A stretch of 42,071 nucleotides of DNA from a virus. The translations under genes and the position numbers were made by a program. The notes under the pieces were generated by a model, which was not told where the DNA came from, made no database searches, and saw only the letters and a program-made list of their open reading frames with translations. The DNA lies in the IMG/VR virus record IMGVR_UViG_3300008807_000162, positions 1-42,071 of that record; one strand, 5' to 3'. This document shows, piece after piece, positions 8,700-18,206 of the stretch (the first letter of the stretch is position 1; every line of letters starts with the position of its first letter).

Positions 8700-10711
8700 G
8701 CTGGCAAGACGCTCCGGTCGTGCAGGGTGGCGGCTCCTGGCAGGATGCTCCGCAGGCATCATTCCTCGACCGCGCCGGCCGCTACGTCAAAGGCGCGCTG
8801 CGCGAAGCTGGGCAGGGCCTGACATTCGGCTTTGCCGACGAGATCGGATCGGCCATCGACGCCTCGCTGCCCGGACGCGAGATGATCGCCAAGGTCCGGC
8901 CGATCTCTCAGGCAGAGACGTGGCAGCAGCGGTACGACGAAAACCTCGCGCGGGATCGCGGCGAGGGGCGGCAGTTCAAGGAGCAGAACCCGGGCACGGC
9001 CACGGGCGCGAACATCCTTGGGAACGTCGCTGGCGCTTATGCCTTGGCTGGCGCTCCGGTTGTCGGTGCGCTGATGAGCGGAGCCCCTGGCCTTGGCGCG
9101 AACATGGCCAAGGGTGCTGCGGCCGGCGGCATTCTGGGTGGCGCGCAGGGCTTCGGAGAGGGGGATGGCGGATTCGAGTCGCGCATGGGCAGCGCGGCAT
9201 TGCCTGCGCTTGTGGGTGCTGGCGTCGGTGCCGCAGCCCCGGCCCTCACGGCGGGCGCTGGCGCGGCGTACGAGCGGTTCGCGCCGAAGGTTTTGAACTT
9301 CATCGCCAACAAGGCCGATGACGTGGCTCCAAGGGTCGTGCCGGGCTCTCTTTCGGCGGCGGCTCCGGAAGGCGGCATGGTTACGCAGGACAGTCTTGCG
9401 GCCACGATTGCCGACAGTTCGCGTGGCGCTGCCAACCGCATCGAGGGCGATGCGGCGATCAAGCGGCTGGCAACCGAGATGGCGCGTTCCGGCGGCTCGA
9501 CGCAGGCGCGTCAGAAGCTGGCCGAGCTGGGCGAAGGTGCCTTCCTCGCGGACACCTCCAAGGGGGCCGGCCGTCTCGCCAATCTGGGTGCGATCTTGCC
9601 GGGCGAAGCGGGCGAGAAGTACACGGCCGCCTTCGGCCAGCGCAACGCGCAGACGGGCCAGCGATTCATCAACGCGCTGGGTGACGAGGCCAAGCGGCCG
9701 TCGATGTTCGACGCCCAGCAGTTCCTCGACAAGTACCGCAGCGCCAAGGGCTCGCAAATTTATGACCCCGTTCTGCGTAGCGGCCAGTTCAATGTCTCGG
9801 CCGAAATGGATGATCTGCTCAAGGTCCCGGCCATCCGCGAGACGATGGACCAAATCATCGCGGACGCCGACCGCTACGGCGTACAGCTCGGCGCTGCGGA
9901 GGCGGCGCATCTCGTCAAGCAGACGCTGAACAAGAACGTCGAGGCCGCCTTCCAGAGCGGGAAGGCGATCAACAAAGACATGGTGCGCAAGGCCGGCGAC
10001 GCCTGGGAGCAGGCGTTGTGGCAGGCCAACCCGGCGATCCGCGAGGCGGACACGGCCTACGCCAAGATCGCGTCTCTACCCGACTGGCTGGAGCGCGGCG
10101 CGAACTTCATGAAGACGGGACAGGGTGAGGCGGCGGTGACCGTCTCGCCCGCGGCGCTGGCTGCCGATTTGCCGGGGGCAACGCCCAGCCAGATGCAGGC
10201 GTTCCGAACGGGCTCGTCCAACGTCATGCGCGACGCGGCCACAAGTGGCCCGGAGACGACTCGACGCCTCGCCAAGGCGATCTCCGACAACGAGATCATG
10301 CAGCAGAAGCTCACTGAGATTTATGGGCCACACGTGGCTGATGAACTCATGCGCCGTTCAGCGGCCGAGCGCACTTTCGCGAAGACACAAGGCAACGTTC
10401 TTGGTGGATCGCAAACAGCCGAACGCATGGCCGCAATGGTCGACGATGCGTCACTTGCCCCCTCGCTGCCACCGTCAGGCGGCGATCTTTCTCGCATCTG
10501 GAATTGGCTGAAAGAGACAGGGAAGAAAGTCAGGGAGCCCAACGAGACCGTGCGCTCTCGGCTGGCCGACCTTCTCGCAAATCCCGATGCGGCGGCGAAC
10601 GCGGAAACGCTGCGCCTCGTCGATGAAATCCTTCGCCAGCAGGCCGGATCACGCCCCTTCTCGGCGGGCGTGGCGGCAGGCGCTGGCGGCAACTTCTCAG
10701 GCCCGAGGTAA
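8696..10711 (+). CDS. Large internal virion/ejection protein
   Basis: 671 aa with an ATGA overlap. Gly/Ala-rich hydrophobic stretches (ANILGNVAGAYALAGAPVVGALMSGAPGLG) typical of injected core proteins. Confidence 0.65.
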   Translation: MSWQDAPVVQGGGSWQDAPQASFLDRAGRYVKGALREAGQGLTFGFADEIGSAIDASLPGREMIAKVRPISQAETWQQRYDENLARDRGEGRQFKEQNPGTATGANILGNVAGAYALAGAPVVGALMSGAPGLGANMAKGAAAGGILGGAQGFGEGDGGFESRMGSAALPALVGAGVGAAAPALTAGAGAAYERFAPKVLNFIANKADDVAPRVVPGSLSAAAPEGGMVTQDSLAATIADSSRGAANRIEGDAAIKRLATEMARSGGSTQARQKLAELGEGAFLADTSKGAGRLANLGAILPGEAGEKYTAAFGQRNAQTGQRFINALGDEAKRPSMFDAQQFLDKYRSAKGSQIYDPVLRSGQFNVSAEMDDLLKVPAIRETMDQIIADADRYGVQLGAAEAAHLVKQTLNKNVEAAFQSGKAINKDMVRKAGDAWEQALWQANPAIREADTAYAKIASLPDWLERGANFMKTGQGEAAVTVSPAALAADLPGATPSQMQAFRTGSSNVMRDAATSGPETTRRLAKAISDNEIMQQKLTEIYGPHVADELMRRSAAERTFAKTQGNVLGGSQTAERMAAMVDDASLAPSLPPSGGDLSRIWNWLKETGKKVREPNETVRSRLADLLANPDAAANAETLRLVDEILRQQAGSRPFSAGVAAGAGGNFSGPR

Positions 10712-10713
10712 CG

Positions 10714-11970
10714 ATGGCCCGCAACGGATCTGGCACGTATAATCTACCGCAACCGGCCTTTGTGCCGGGGACAACGATTGCCTCATCCCCGATGAATTCC
10801 GACCTCTCGGATATCGCCGCGGCGATTACGCAGTCGATCTCCAAGGACGGCCAGACGGTCTACACCGGCAACCAGCCGATGGGCGGCAACAAGCTGACCA
10901 ACCTGGGAGCGGGCGAATCTGCGGGCGATTCGGTCAATCTGGGACAGGTCGCTGACGGCTCCTTGACCTATGGCGGTGCGGCCACGGGATCGGCCAACGC
11001 CCTCGTCATCACGCCGACGCCGGGCATCACGGCCTACTCGGTCGGCCAGATGTTCAGCTTCATGGCGGCGACCAACAACACGGGCGCTGTGACCGTGAAC
11101 GTGAACGGCGTCGGCGCGGGCGCGCTCACGTGGCCTGACGGCTCTGCGCTGGTCGCGGACGATATCGTTGCCGGCGGCATGTACGAGATCGAGGTGAAGG
11201 CCGCGACGCCGGTCTTTCACATGCAGACCGGCGCCAACGTGGCGGCGACGCAGGCGGTGGGCAACAGCACGCGCAAGATCGCCACGACCGCATTCGTGCA
11301 GGCTGCTGTCGCCAAGGTCTACGTCCAGACCTTCACGGCCTCGGGCACCTACACGCCGCACCCCGGCATGGTGACGTGCCTCATCGAGTGCGTCGGCCCT
11401 GGCGGCGGCGGTGGTGGCGTTGCAACCACCTTCAACAGCATCAATTCGGGCGGCGGCGGCGGCGGAGCAGGTGGCTACTCGCGCAAGCTCGCGACGGCGG
11501 CCGACATTGGAACCTCTCAGACGGTGACAATCGGCGCGGCAGGGGCTGGCGGATCGGCCGGCAATAACGCAGGCGGCAACGGCGGAGACACCTCAGTCGG
11601 TACGCTGTGCATCGCCAAAGGGGGCTCCGGCGGCGGCGGCTGTCCTCTAGCCGGGAGCGCCACGGGCGGTGCGGGCGGCGTCGCCGGCACGGGAGACGTA
11701 GCCGCTCCGGGGATGCCTGGCATGGGTATGTCGTCGGTATCGGGCAACGCGAATTGGGGCGTGCTCACCGCACTCGGCGGCTCGGGTCCGTTCGGCGCGG
11801 CGGCGGCCTCCGTTCTCGTCGGCAACGGCTCCAAGTCGAATGGACCCGCTGCCCTTGGCTACGGAGCGGGTGGCGGTGGCGGCGTAACCAGTGGCGATGC
11901 CATTGGCGCGGCGGCCGGCGGCGCGGGATCTGGCGGCTTCGTTCGCATCACCGAATTCTGCAATCAGTAG
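10714..11970 (+). CDS. Tail fibre protein with glycine-rich C-terminal domain
   Basis: 418 aa. Conserved fibre N-terminus GSGTYNLP..F.PGT.I.S..MN.DL.DIA.A.T.S...DGQ...G...MGGNKLTNLG.G...DSVNLGQV. C-terminal GGGGGG/GGxGG tracts ending in GGFVRITEF. Confidence 0.8.
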   Translation: MARNGSGTYNLPQPAFVPGTTIASSPMNSDLSDIAAAITQSISKDGQTVYTGNQPMGGNKLTNLGAGESAGDSVNLGQVADGSLTYGGAATGSANALVITPTPGITAYSVGQMFSFMAATNNTGAVTVNVNGVGAGALTWPDGSALVADDIVAGGMYEIEVKAATPVFHMQTGANVAATQAVGNSTRKIATTAFVQAAVAKVYVQTFTASGTYTPHPGMVTCLIECVGPGGGGGGVATTFNSINSGGGGGGAGGYSRKLATAADIGTSQTVTIGAAGAGGSAGNNAGGNGGDTSVGTLCIAKGGSGGGGCPLAGSATGGAGGVAGTGDVAAPGMPGMGMSSVSGNANWGVLTALGGSGPFGAAAASVLVGNGSKSNGPAALGYGAGGGGGVTSGDAIGAAAGGAGSGGFVRITEFCNQ

Positions 11971-11978
11971 GAGCGGCC

Positions 11979-12290
11979 ATGTATCCCGATCTCAAGAAGA
12001 CTTCTTGGACACCGCAGACGATTGCCGCCGGCCAGACCACGGTGGCCCTTGGAAGTGCTGGAGCAAAGGGCGACTTCCTCGCACGCCTCGTTTGCACCGT
12101 AGGAACGGCCGCAACTGCACAAGTCCAGCTCAAGGACGGCAGCGGCAATGCCTACACGATCCTGCCCAACAGTCCGGGCGGTGGGATCGGCGTTTACACA
12201 ATCGAGATCGGCGCGTGCTCCCAGCTTGGCGCGTGGCAGGTCACGACGGGTGCGGGCGTCACCGTTCTTGCTGTCGGGATGTTCACCTAA
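11979..12290 (+). CDS. Small hypothetical tail-module protein
   Basis: Met125 of ORF 11607..12290. AGGAG upstream. 103 aa. Confidence 0.6.
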   Translation: MYPDLKKTSWTPQTIAAGQTTVALGSAGAKGDFLARLVCTVGTAATAQVQLKDGSGNAYTILPNSPGGGIGVYTIEIGACSQLGAWQVTTGAGVTVLAVGMFT

Positions 12291-12727
12291 TGCCTGACGT
12301 TCCGTACCTCTTTGCCGACCGTTCGGGCCGTGTGCCTGCGTCCTATCTGGACGCGGACTTCGCGTATGTGCTTGCGCGGACGACAGGGGTAACGGGCTTC
12401 GGCCTTGTCACGGCCGAGACAAGCAATGAGACGCTGACGGCGGACCAGAGCTACCAGACCTTCACCAACGAAGGCGCTTCCGGATCGGTCACGCTCTCGT
12501 TGCCGACTCCGTCTGTCGGTCTGGAATTCACCTTCGCCGTCGTGGCCGAGCAAAGCCTGATCGTCGACGTCGGCGGATCGGTGGTGATCGCCCTCGGCCC
12601 CGGCATCGAGTCGACCGCAGGCGGCCAGATTTCCGCAAACGAGCCCGGTGCATTCGTCACCCTCAAGTGTCTCAGCGCTACCCGCTGGCAGGCTATTGCC
12701 GGCAGCTTTGGATGGACTCCGTCATGA
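12290..12727 (+). CDS. Small tail-fibre-like protein (fibre N-terminal anchor motif)
   Basis: TAATG overlap. 145 aa. N-terminus MPDVPYLFADRSGRVPASYLDADFAYV resembles conserved fibre/spike N-termini. Confidence 0.55.
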   Translation: MPDVPYLFADRSGRVPASYLDADFAYVLARTTGVTGFGLVTAETSNETLTADQSYQTFTNEGASGSVTLSLPTPSVGLEFTFAVVAEQSLIVDVGGSVVIALGPGIESTAGGQISANEPGAFVTLKCLSATRWQAIAGSFGWTPS

Positions 12728-14550
12728 ATATGTTTCGCTTCGCCTCGCGCTTCCTGATCGCCTTTGCGCTGGCAATTCCGGCCGCACAGGCACAGACGCC
12801 GCAGACCTACAACACGGTCGCCAGCATTGCCGCGCTGAAGGCGATGACGAACCGCCCACAGGTCGTCGAGGTCGTCGATGCCAATCCCGGCATCTTCAAC
12901 CTATCACAAGGCGCGTGCTCGGCTGCTGACGATGTCTTTCAGGTGCAGCCGACCTCTGGCACGACGGTTTGCTACACGCGCATGGCGACGCCCTACGCGG
13001 TGGGCAAGACTGGCACGCTACCCAGTGGGATTTCTGTTCCCTTCACACAGAATGGCACAGGGGCGGCGACTTCAACCATCGATGCCAAACTAAAGCAGCA
13101 GTGCGTCGCGCTGCAGGACTTCACGGGCTACGACCCGACGCCGGGCCACGACAACGCGACCGCTTTCATGGCCGCTTACAACGCGGCGGGCACCCTGGGC
13201 TATAACTGTATGACGCTGCCGGGCGTGCAGTTTGATATGTCTGGTGTGACTCTGTCGGCCTACAACAACTTCACGGTGTATTGCCAGACTCCTGCAACCC
13301 ATGCCGGGGGTGGCACCAAAATCCGTGCGCTCACAACCTCGACCACAACGATCACCGTCGACACAGTCGGTGGTTTTTGGTTTGACGGCTGCACGTGGAC
13401 GTCAACCTCGCAGCAGGTATCCGGCAGCTTCGTCAAATTCATTAACACCAACACCAGCGGCTTCACGACCTACTACGGCATGTACGGCGGATATGATCCC
13501 CTCTACCTGGAAAACACAGGCGGGATGCAGTTCACTGGCTCCGGCTCAATCCGCAATTGGGATCACGTCGGTGTCACGATCGACGGTGCGCAGGACCACT
13601 ACTTTAGCAACCTGATCATGGATCAGGACTACGATCGGAGCGCCGCAACGCCCGTGGCTTGTTTCTACACGCCTCAGCACGGCGGCTCGCTGACCATCGT
13701 GAACAGCGATCTTCTACATTGTGGGCATGGGCTTTGGGCCAATCCTGGCACTGGGCAGTTCGTCAATTGGATTTACCTGACAAACGTATTCTTCGATACG
13801 TGCGACTTCGTCACCAACCCTCGAGGCAGCCACGGGATCAATCTCACCGCCACCGGAGGAGGCCAAATCAACGGCCTCCAAATGACGAACGTCTGGACTG
13901 CGACGTGCGAAAACGGCGTTAACGCCGTCGCCGACTCTTCGTCGTTCATTGACGGCCTCGTAATCACCAACCACCAGGCGCTAAACAACTACAAGTCGGC
14001 CTTCAGAGGGAACAACGTCAGGAACGTGTCGATTACTAATCCTCTGTACGCCGGCAACTCCCAAGAGACGCCACACGCCTACTCCGCAGTCTATATTAAC
14101 GGCGCCAACACAGGCAGCGTCTCCGTTATGGGCGGCCGCATCGGTGCGCCGATGCAGAATTACACCGACACCCAGGCGTTCGGTGTGCAGGCCGACAGCG
14201 GCACGATCACCGTAATGAACGTGAATCTGAACGGGAACAACATCGGCCCCTATGCCTTCGGAGCGGTCAACACGGATTCCTACGTGCTGGGCTCTCCCGG
14301 CGCCACCAACCACGGCGAGCCGCTCGCCGCCACGGGCTCTGGGCCGTTCGCTCTCTCCGTGTCCCCGGCGTTTACGGGGACAGTCGGCGCCGCGGATATC
14401 ACGGCGACAGGAACCGTTCGAGCCAACACAGGGTTCAGCGCCAATGGCACCGCCGGGGTGTCGGCGACCAAGACAGTCCGCGACGCAGCAGGCACAGGCA
14501 CCTGCACGCTCATCTTCACGTTCGGCCTGCTAACCGGCGGCACGTGCTGA
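12724..14550 (+). CDS. Right-handed beta-helix (pectate-lyase-like) polysaccharide depolymerase / tailspike-like protein with N-terminal signal-peptide-like sequence
   Basis: ATGA overlap at 12724. 608 aa. MNMFRFASRFLIAFALAIPAAQAQT looks like a Sec signal with an AQA site. Repetitive N/T/G-rich beta-helix-type sequence. Codon third positions are visibly more A/T-rich than in neighbouring genes. Confidence 0.65.
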   Translation: MNMFRFASRFLIAFALAIPAAQAQTPQTYNTVASIAALKAMTNRPQVVEVVDANPGIFNLSQGACSAADDVFQVQPTSGTTVCYTRMATPYAVGKTGTLPSGISVPFTQNGTGAATSTIDAKLKQQCVALQDFTGYDPTPGHDNATAFMAAYNAAGTLGYNCMTLPGVQFDMSGVTLSAYNNFTVYCQTPATHAGGGTKIRALTTSTTTITVDTVGGFWFDGCTWTSTSQQVSGSFVKFINTNTSGFTTYYGMYGGYDPLYLENTGGMQFTGSGSIRNWDHVGVTIDGAQDHYFSNLIMDQDYDRSAATPVACFYTPQHGGSLTIVNSDLLHCGHGLWANPGTGQFVNWIYLTNVFFDTCDFVTNPRGSHGINLTATGGGQINGLQMTNVWTATCENGVNAVADSSSFIDGLVITNHQALNNYKSAFRGNNVRNVSITNPLYAGNSQETPHAYSAVYINGANTGSVSVMGGRIGAPMQNYTDTQAFGVQADSGTITVMNVNLNGNNIGPYAFGAVNTDSYVLGSPGATNHGEPLAATGSGPFALSVSPAFTGTVGAADITATGTVRANTGFSANGTAGVSATKTVRDAAGTGTCTLIFTFGLLTGGTC

Positions 14551-14551
14551 C

Positions 14552-14890
14552 GTGAGTGAGCGCCGCGTTCACTTCGACCCCACGATTAACTTGGGGCACG
14601 TCATTACAGCGGCGACGTTCCTGCTGGCTGCGGCCGGGGCCTACGCGACGCTGGATTTGCGTGTCTCGACACTGGAGCGCGATGGTCGCGCGCAGAAAGT
14701 CGAACACAAGGAAGCAGTGGTGAGCGTCGAAAACCGCTTCATGCGGGAAGTGACGCAGCAGCGCGCGGCCATGGACCAGACGCAGGTCCGCGTGGCCGAC
14801 GATATCCGAGAGATCAAGACCATGATGCGGGACGGCTTTCGCGACCTCGACGCGAAGCTCGACCGCAAGGCAGATAAACCGGGACGGTAG
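14552..14890 (+). CDS. Membrane-anchored coiled-coil protein, putative lysis accessory (holin/spanin-like)
   Basis: GTG start, 112 aa. One N-terminal TM segment (VITAATFLLAAAGAYATL) followed by a charged helical region. Immediately upstream of the endolysin. Confidence 0.5.
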   Translation: MSERRVHFDPTINLGHVITAATFLLAAAGAYATLDLRVSTLERDGRAQKVEHKEAVVSVENRFMREVTQQRAAMDQTQVRVADDIREIKTMMRDGFRDLDAKLDRKADKPGR

Positions 14891-14892
14891 CC

Positions 14893-15402
14893 ATGAACGC
14901 AACTATCGAAGACCTGATCTCCAAAGTCATCGAGCGGGAGGGGGGCTACGTGAACCATCCTGCAGACCGCGGCGGCCCGACGAATTGGGGCATCACACAG
15001 GCGACCCTCGCCGCGTGGCGCAAGCAGCCGGTAACGGCGTTTCAGGTCCAGGCCCTCAGCCAGACCGAGGCGCGGCACATCTACCGCGACCAGTATTTCA
15101 GGGGACTGGAGGATATCACCGATCCGCAGGTGCTGGAGTTCCTTTTCGACTACGCCGTGAACTCCGGGCCGAAGCGCGCTGTGAAGGCCCTGCAGACGAT
15201 CCTTGGCGTCATGCCGGATGGCGACTTCGGGCCGATCTCCAAAGCCGCGCTCGCCAAGGTCGATCAAGCCACGCTCTATCCATTCCTGATCTGCGAACGC
15301 CTCGACAACTACATGCGGATCATGGCGCGCGACCCCTCGCAGACGGTGTTCGGTGAGGGCTGGGCCAATCGAATCAAACCATTCTGGAAGAGGGCCGCCT
15401 GA
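14893..15402 (+). CDS. Endolysin, glycoside hydrolase family 108 with PG_binding_3 domain
   Basis: 169 aa. VIEREGGYVNHPADRGGPTNWGIT is the GH108 signature. C-terminal peptidoglycan-binding-like part. Confidence 0.9.
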   Translation: MNATIEDLISKVIEREGGYVNHPADRGGPTNWGITQATLAAWRKQPVTAFQVQALSQTEARHIYRDQYFRGLEDITDPQVLEFLFDYAVNSGPKRAVKALQTILGVMPDGDFGPISKAALAKVDQATLYPFLICERLDNYMRIMARDPSQTVFGEGWANRIKPFWKRAA

Positions 15403-15959
15403 TGCCGCTCCCGCTTATTGCCGCCGGGCTGGCCGGTGTGCTGGTCGAATCGCTCCCGTCTATTGCCTCGTGGATATTCGGTGACAAGACGGGGAAGGCC
15501 GTCGAGGTCGTCACGGGCGCTGCCAAGCAGGTGTTCGGAACCGACGATCCGGCCACCTTGGAAAGGGCGCTCGCCGCCGATCCGGCCAAAGCGCTGGAGT
15601 TCAAGCGGATCGTGCTGGAGGCTGAGGGGCAGGAGCGCGAGCGCCAGCATCAAGAGACGCTGGCCCGCATCGTCGATGTCCAGAATGCCCGCGGCACTCA
15701 GGTGGAATTGGCGAAATCCGGCTCGCCCTTGTCATGGTCGGCCGCCGTCGTGTCGATCCTCGCCGTCTCGGCCTTCGTGGGGCTCCTGATCGCCATCTTC
15801 ATGTTCAGTGGCGAGATTCCCTCCGGCCTCAAGGATGTATTCCTGCTCCTGATTGGAGCAGCGATCTCCGGCTACAACCAGGTGCTCAACTACTACCTTG
15901 GCAGTTCAAGCGGATCGGCCGTGAAGGACAATGCCCTCAGGCAGATTGCAGGGAAGTGA
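15402..15959 (+). CDS. Holin, GTA-type 3-TM family (tentative)
   Basis: TGATG overlap. 185 aa. N-terminal hydrophobic segment plus two C-terminal TM segments and a NYYLGSSSGS tail, like the alphaproteobacterial GTA holin family. Confidence 0.6.
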   Translation: MPLPLIAAGLAGVLVESLPSIASWIFGDKTGKAVEVVTGAAKQVFGTDDPATLERALAADPAKALEFKRIVLEAEGQERERQHQETLARIVDVQNARGTQVELAKSGSPLSWSAAVVSILAVSAFVGLLIAIFMFSGEIPSGLKDVFLLLIGAAISGYNQVLNYYLGSSSGSAVKDNALRQIAGK

Positions 15960-15974
15960 TATAGCTACCTGCGT

Positions 15975-16002
15975 GCGAAGCGGAATTATATCCTTGCTTC
16001 GC
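15975..16002 (+). terminator. Hairpin after the last late gene (possible terminator, no T-tract)
   Basis: GCGAAGC (15975-15981) and GCTTCGC (15996-16002) form a 7-bp stem with a 14-nt loop. Confidence 0.3.
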
Positions 16003-16150
16003 CTCGGGGTGATGGTCATGTGCCATCTATGCGCGAATCCGGTTCGCCGTACTTTGGCGGAACAACTGTCGGACATACAAGGGCTAACCTTTCGCTAAGT
16101 GGCTGATTTCAATATAGCATGCGGCAACAAGTGGATGTCGTCAGCGCCAG
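16003..16150. other. Candidate attP region
   Basis: A/T-richer non-coding gap directly downstream of the integrase gene. Direct repeat ATTTCAAT at 16106-16113 and 16153-16160. Core site not identifiable without the host sequence. Confidence 0.4.
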
Positions 16151-17272
16151 TTATTTCAATCTCTTAGGGGGTTGGGTAGACACAGGTTCGCCAATGGGTT
16201 CGCCGCCCACAACCTTCAGGCGAGGACGTAGGCGCGCGCTGGCCTTCCCAAGGGCAGATTTGGCCATGCGGGCTTGCTCAGCCTCCCGCGAGTAAAGCTC
16301 AGCGTGCGCAATGGAATCGTGACCCAACACGTCCATGAGTTCGCGGGTAGTCGCGCCTTCCTCGGCAAGGATCTTGCCGAGCGTCTTGCGTAGCCCATGC
16401 ATGGTGCAACCCTTCAGGCCGGCTGCCTTCGTCCAAGTCGCAAAGTCGTTGGTGAGGGTCCCTAGAGCGCGGGGAGTGCCCCATGGCGTCGTCAGGATGT
16501 GCTTTCCCAGGCGTGGGGCGGCATCAAGGGCCTCGCGGAGCGGCGCCAGCACGGGAAGCAGCAGGCGCTTGCCGGTTTTCTGCTGGGTGTGTGGGAACTG
16601 GTCGCCGGTGAAATCAGTCCATTGAAAGCGAGCCACGTCGCTACGCCGGGGGCCGCCGTACAGGACGCAAGCGTAGGCCGTGCGGGCCAGCGTTCCGAGG
16701 GGCCAACGAGCCTCGTAGGCAGCCCGCTCGTCATCCGTCCATGCCCGATGCCCGGCGGTTTCCGGGCGGTACTTGATGCGGTGCGTAGGGTCGACCTCGA
16801 TCCATTCCTCGTCCAACGCCACCACGATCATCTTTCGCAGCACCACCAGGGCATCGTAGGCCGCATGCGGGGTGGCCGACATGGCGCCCAGAAGGCCCTT
16901 CACGTGGCGTCTTTTCAGGTCCGCCACGGGCACATCGCCATAGGTGAGGCCGGGCACGATTTCCATGTCCAGTAGGCGCTCTGCGCGCTCGATATAGAGG
17001 TCTTTGGACGTTTTCCCGAGCTTCTGCCAGTCAAGGTTCTTGGCGGACGTAGCAAGCCGCCACGCGGCCTTCAGGGTGCGTGGGAGGGCCTGATTGGGGT
17101 GCTTGGCAATCTGCGCCCTAGGTTGGCCCTGGAGCGCTGCCGAGTAGGCATCTTCAAAGGCATCGTCGCCCGGCTGCCCCGGCAGGGATCGACCAGCCTT
17201 CCCCTTCCTGAATCTCCAACGGACCTTGCCATGTCGGTCCTTGTAGCTCGAGAGGTAGGGGCGCTCAGCCAT
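16151..17272 (-). CDS. int: Tyrosine integrase
   Basis: Met29 of ORF 16151..17356, giving 373 aa. Catalytic signature GGPRRSD (Arg), HGLRKT, LGH, ELYSRE (Tyr). Adjacent to the excisionase. Confidence 0.9.
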   Translation of the reverse strand: MAERPYLSSYKDRHGKVRWRFRKGKAGRSLPGQPGDDAFEDAYSAALQGQPRAQIAKHPNQALPRTLKAAWRLATSAKNLDWQKLGKTSKDLYIERAERLLDMEIVPGLTYGDVPVADLKRRHVKGLLGAMSATPHAAYDALVVLRKMIVVALDEEWIEVDPTHRIKYRPETAGHRAWTDDERAAYEARWPLGTLARTAYACVLYGGPRRSDVARFQWTDFTGDQFPHTQQKTGKRLLLPVLAPLREALDAAPRLGKHILTTPWGTPRALGTLTNDFATWTKAAGLKGCTMHGLRKTLGKILAEEGATTRELMDVLGHDSIAHAELYSREAEQARMAKSALGKASARLRPRLKVVGGEPIGEPVSTQPPKRLK

Positions 17273-17282
17273 GGCCGGGACC

Positions 17283-17534
17283 CTAGCGGCCGCCAGTGGC
17301 CAGCCGCAAGGCGCGATCGATGACGTTCTCGGTCGGCTCGTTGCCCAGCTCGACAAAGGCCGCCTCGACCTTCAGGCGGTCCCAGACCACTCGTTTGCCG
17401 ATGTGGAAGGGCCGGGGCATCCGGCGCTCCTCCACCAATCGGTCGAATGTCGTGGGGCCAACCCCGATGTACCGGGCGGCCTCGTCCCGGCTCAGCCCTC
17501 GGGGCGGGTAGGAATGGCTATCACGCTCGCTCAT
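17283..17534 (-). CDS. xis: Excisionase / AlpA-like HTH DNA-binding protein
   Basis: 83 aa. LSRDEAARYIGVGPTTFDRLVEERRMPRPFHIGKRVVWDRLKVEAAF is the excisionase-family HTH pattern. Confidence 0.75.
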   Translation of the reverse strand: MSERDSHSYPPRGLSRDEAARYIGVGPTTFDRLVEERRMPRPFHIGKRVVWDRLKVEAAFVELGNEPTENVIDRALRLATGGR

Positions 17535-17893
17535 CCACCGCCCCCTTTAGGAGATTGGAGTTCGCTCGGCCTTCGGCCTCCGCACCCATCTCGTGCTTCA
17601 GAAGGGCTTTCCTTCAATGCTCGGATGGCCTTGGCGATGGCGTCGGCAGCCCAATAGCAGTCGCCGTTTGTGCCCACGCGCCACTTCTCGGCTTCCGCGT
17701 CCGCCACCTTCGCGCACTCTTCCACCACGAGAGGCTTGGATGCTGAGAGGGCGGCGCGGGCGAGTGGGATTCGCGCTTCCCACGCCTTCGCTGGGCGAGT
17801 CCCGATGTAGATCGGATCGTCGGCGGCAGGCGCGAGCACGTCAGCATCGCATATAGCCCGCGCCACGGCCTCTACTTGGTCGACCCTGGTCAT
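17531..17893 (-). CDS. Hypothetical protein
   Basis: 120-aa ORF with ATGA overlaps at both ends. Confidence 0.6.
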   Translation of the reverse strand: MTRVDQVEAVARAICDADVLAPAADDPIYIGTRPAKAWEARIPLARAALSASKPLVVEECAKVADAEAEKWRVGTNGDCYWAADAIAKAIRALKESPSEARDGCGGRRPSELQSPKGGGG

Positions 17894-18183
17894 AGAGGCG
17901 ATGCGACACGCATATCGCCCTCCCCATTGGCGATGCGAGACAAGACTTCCTCGCGAGCCTTCTTGGCTGCTCTCGCCCCGCCGAATGCGCTCTCAAAGAG
18001 GCCGCCGGCGATCAACTCGTCCTGGTGGCTTTTCAGCTCACTCCAGGTCGGGGCGTGCTGCCAGCACATCGTTGGGCCATCATCGTAGCTGAACACCATG
18101 TCGCCTTCGTGGAGAGCGCGGCCACAGCATTCGCAATAGTCGAGAGGCTCGTTTGATACAGGCGGCAGGAAGGGCAGCGTCAT
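17890..18183 (-). CDS. Hypothetical Cys-containing protein
   Basis: 97 aa. AAGGAGAA upstream of ATG 18183. CECCG...CW motif. Confidence 0.65.
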   Translation of the reverse strand: MTLPFLPPVSNEPLDYCECCGRALHEGDMVFSYDDGPTMCWQHAPTWSELKSHQDELIAGGLFESAFGGARAAKKAREEVLSRIANGEGDMRVASPL

Positions 18184-18206
18184 GTCGCTTCTCCTTGTTT
18201 CTGCGT

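Noticed and set aside
10714-14550. Diversity-generating retroelement acting on the tail fibre or depolymerase
   Set aside because: No reverse-transcriptase ORF occurs anywhere in the genome. I saw no template/variable repeat pair. The glycine-rich tracts are low-complexity coding sequence, not TR/VR repeats.
16030-16060. tRNA fragment (T-arm-like hairpin GCGAA-tccgg-TTCGC) in the attP gap
   Set aside because: The loop is 5 nt rather than the 7-nt T-loop. There is no GTTCGAATC-type consensus and no acceptor-stem/CCA context.
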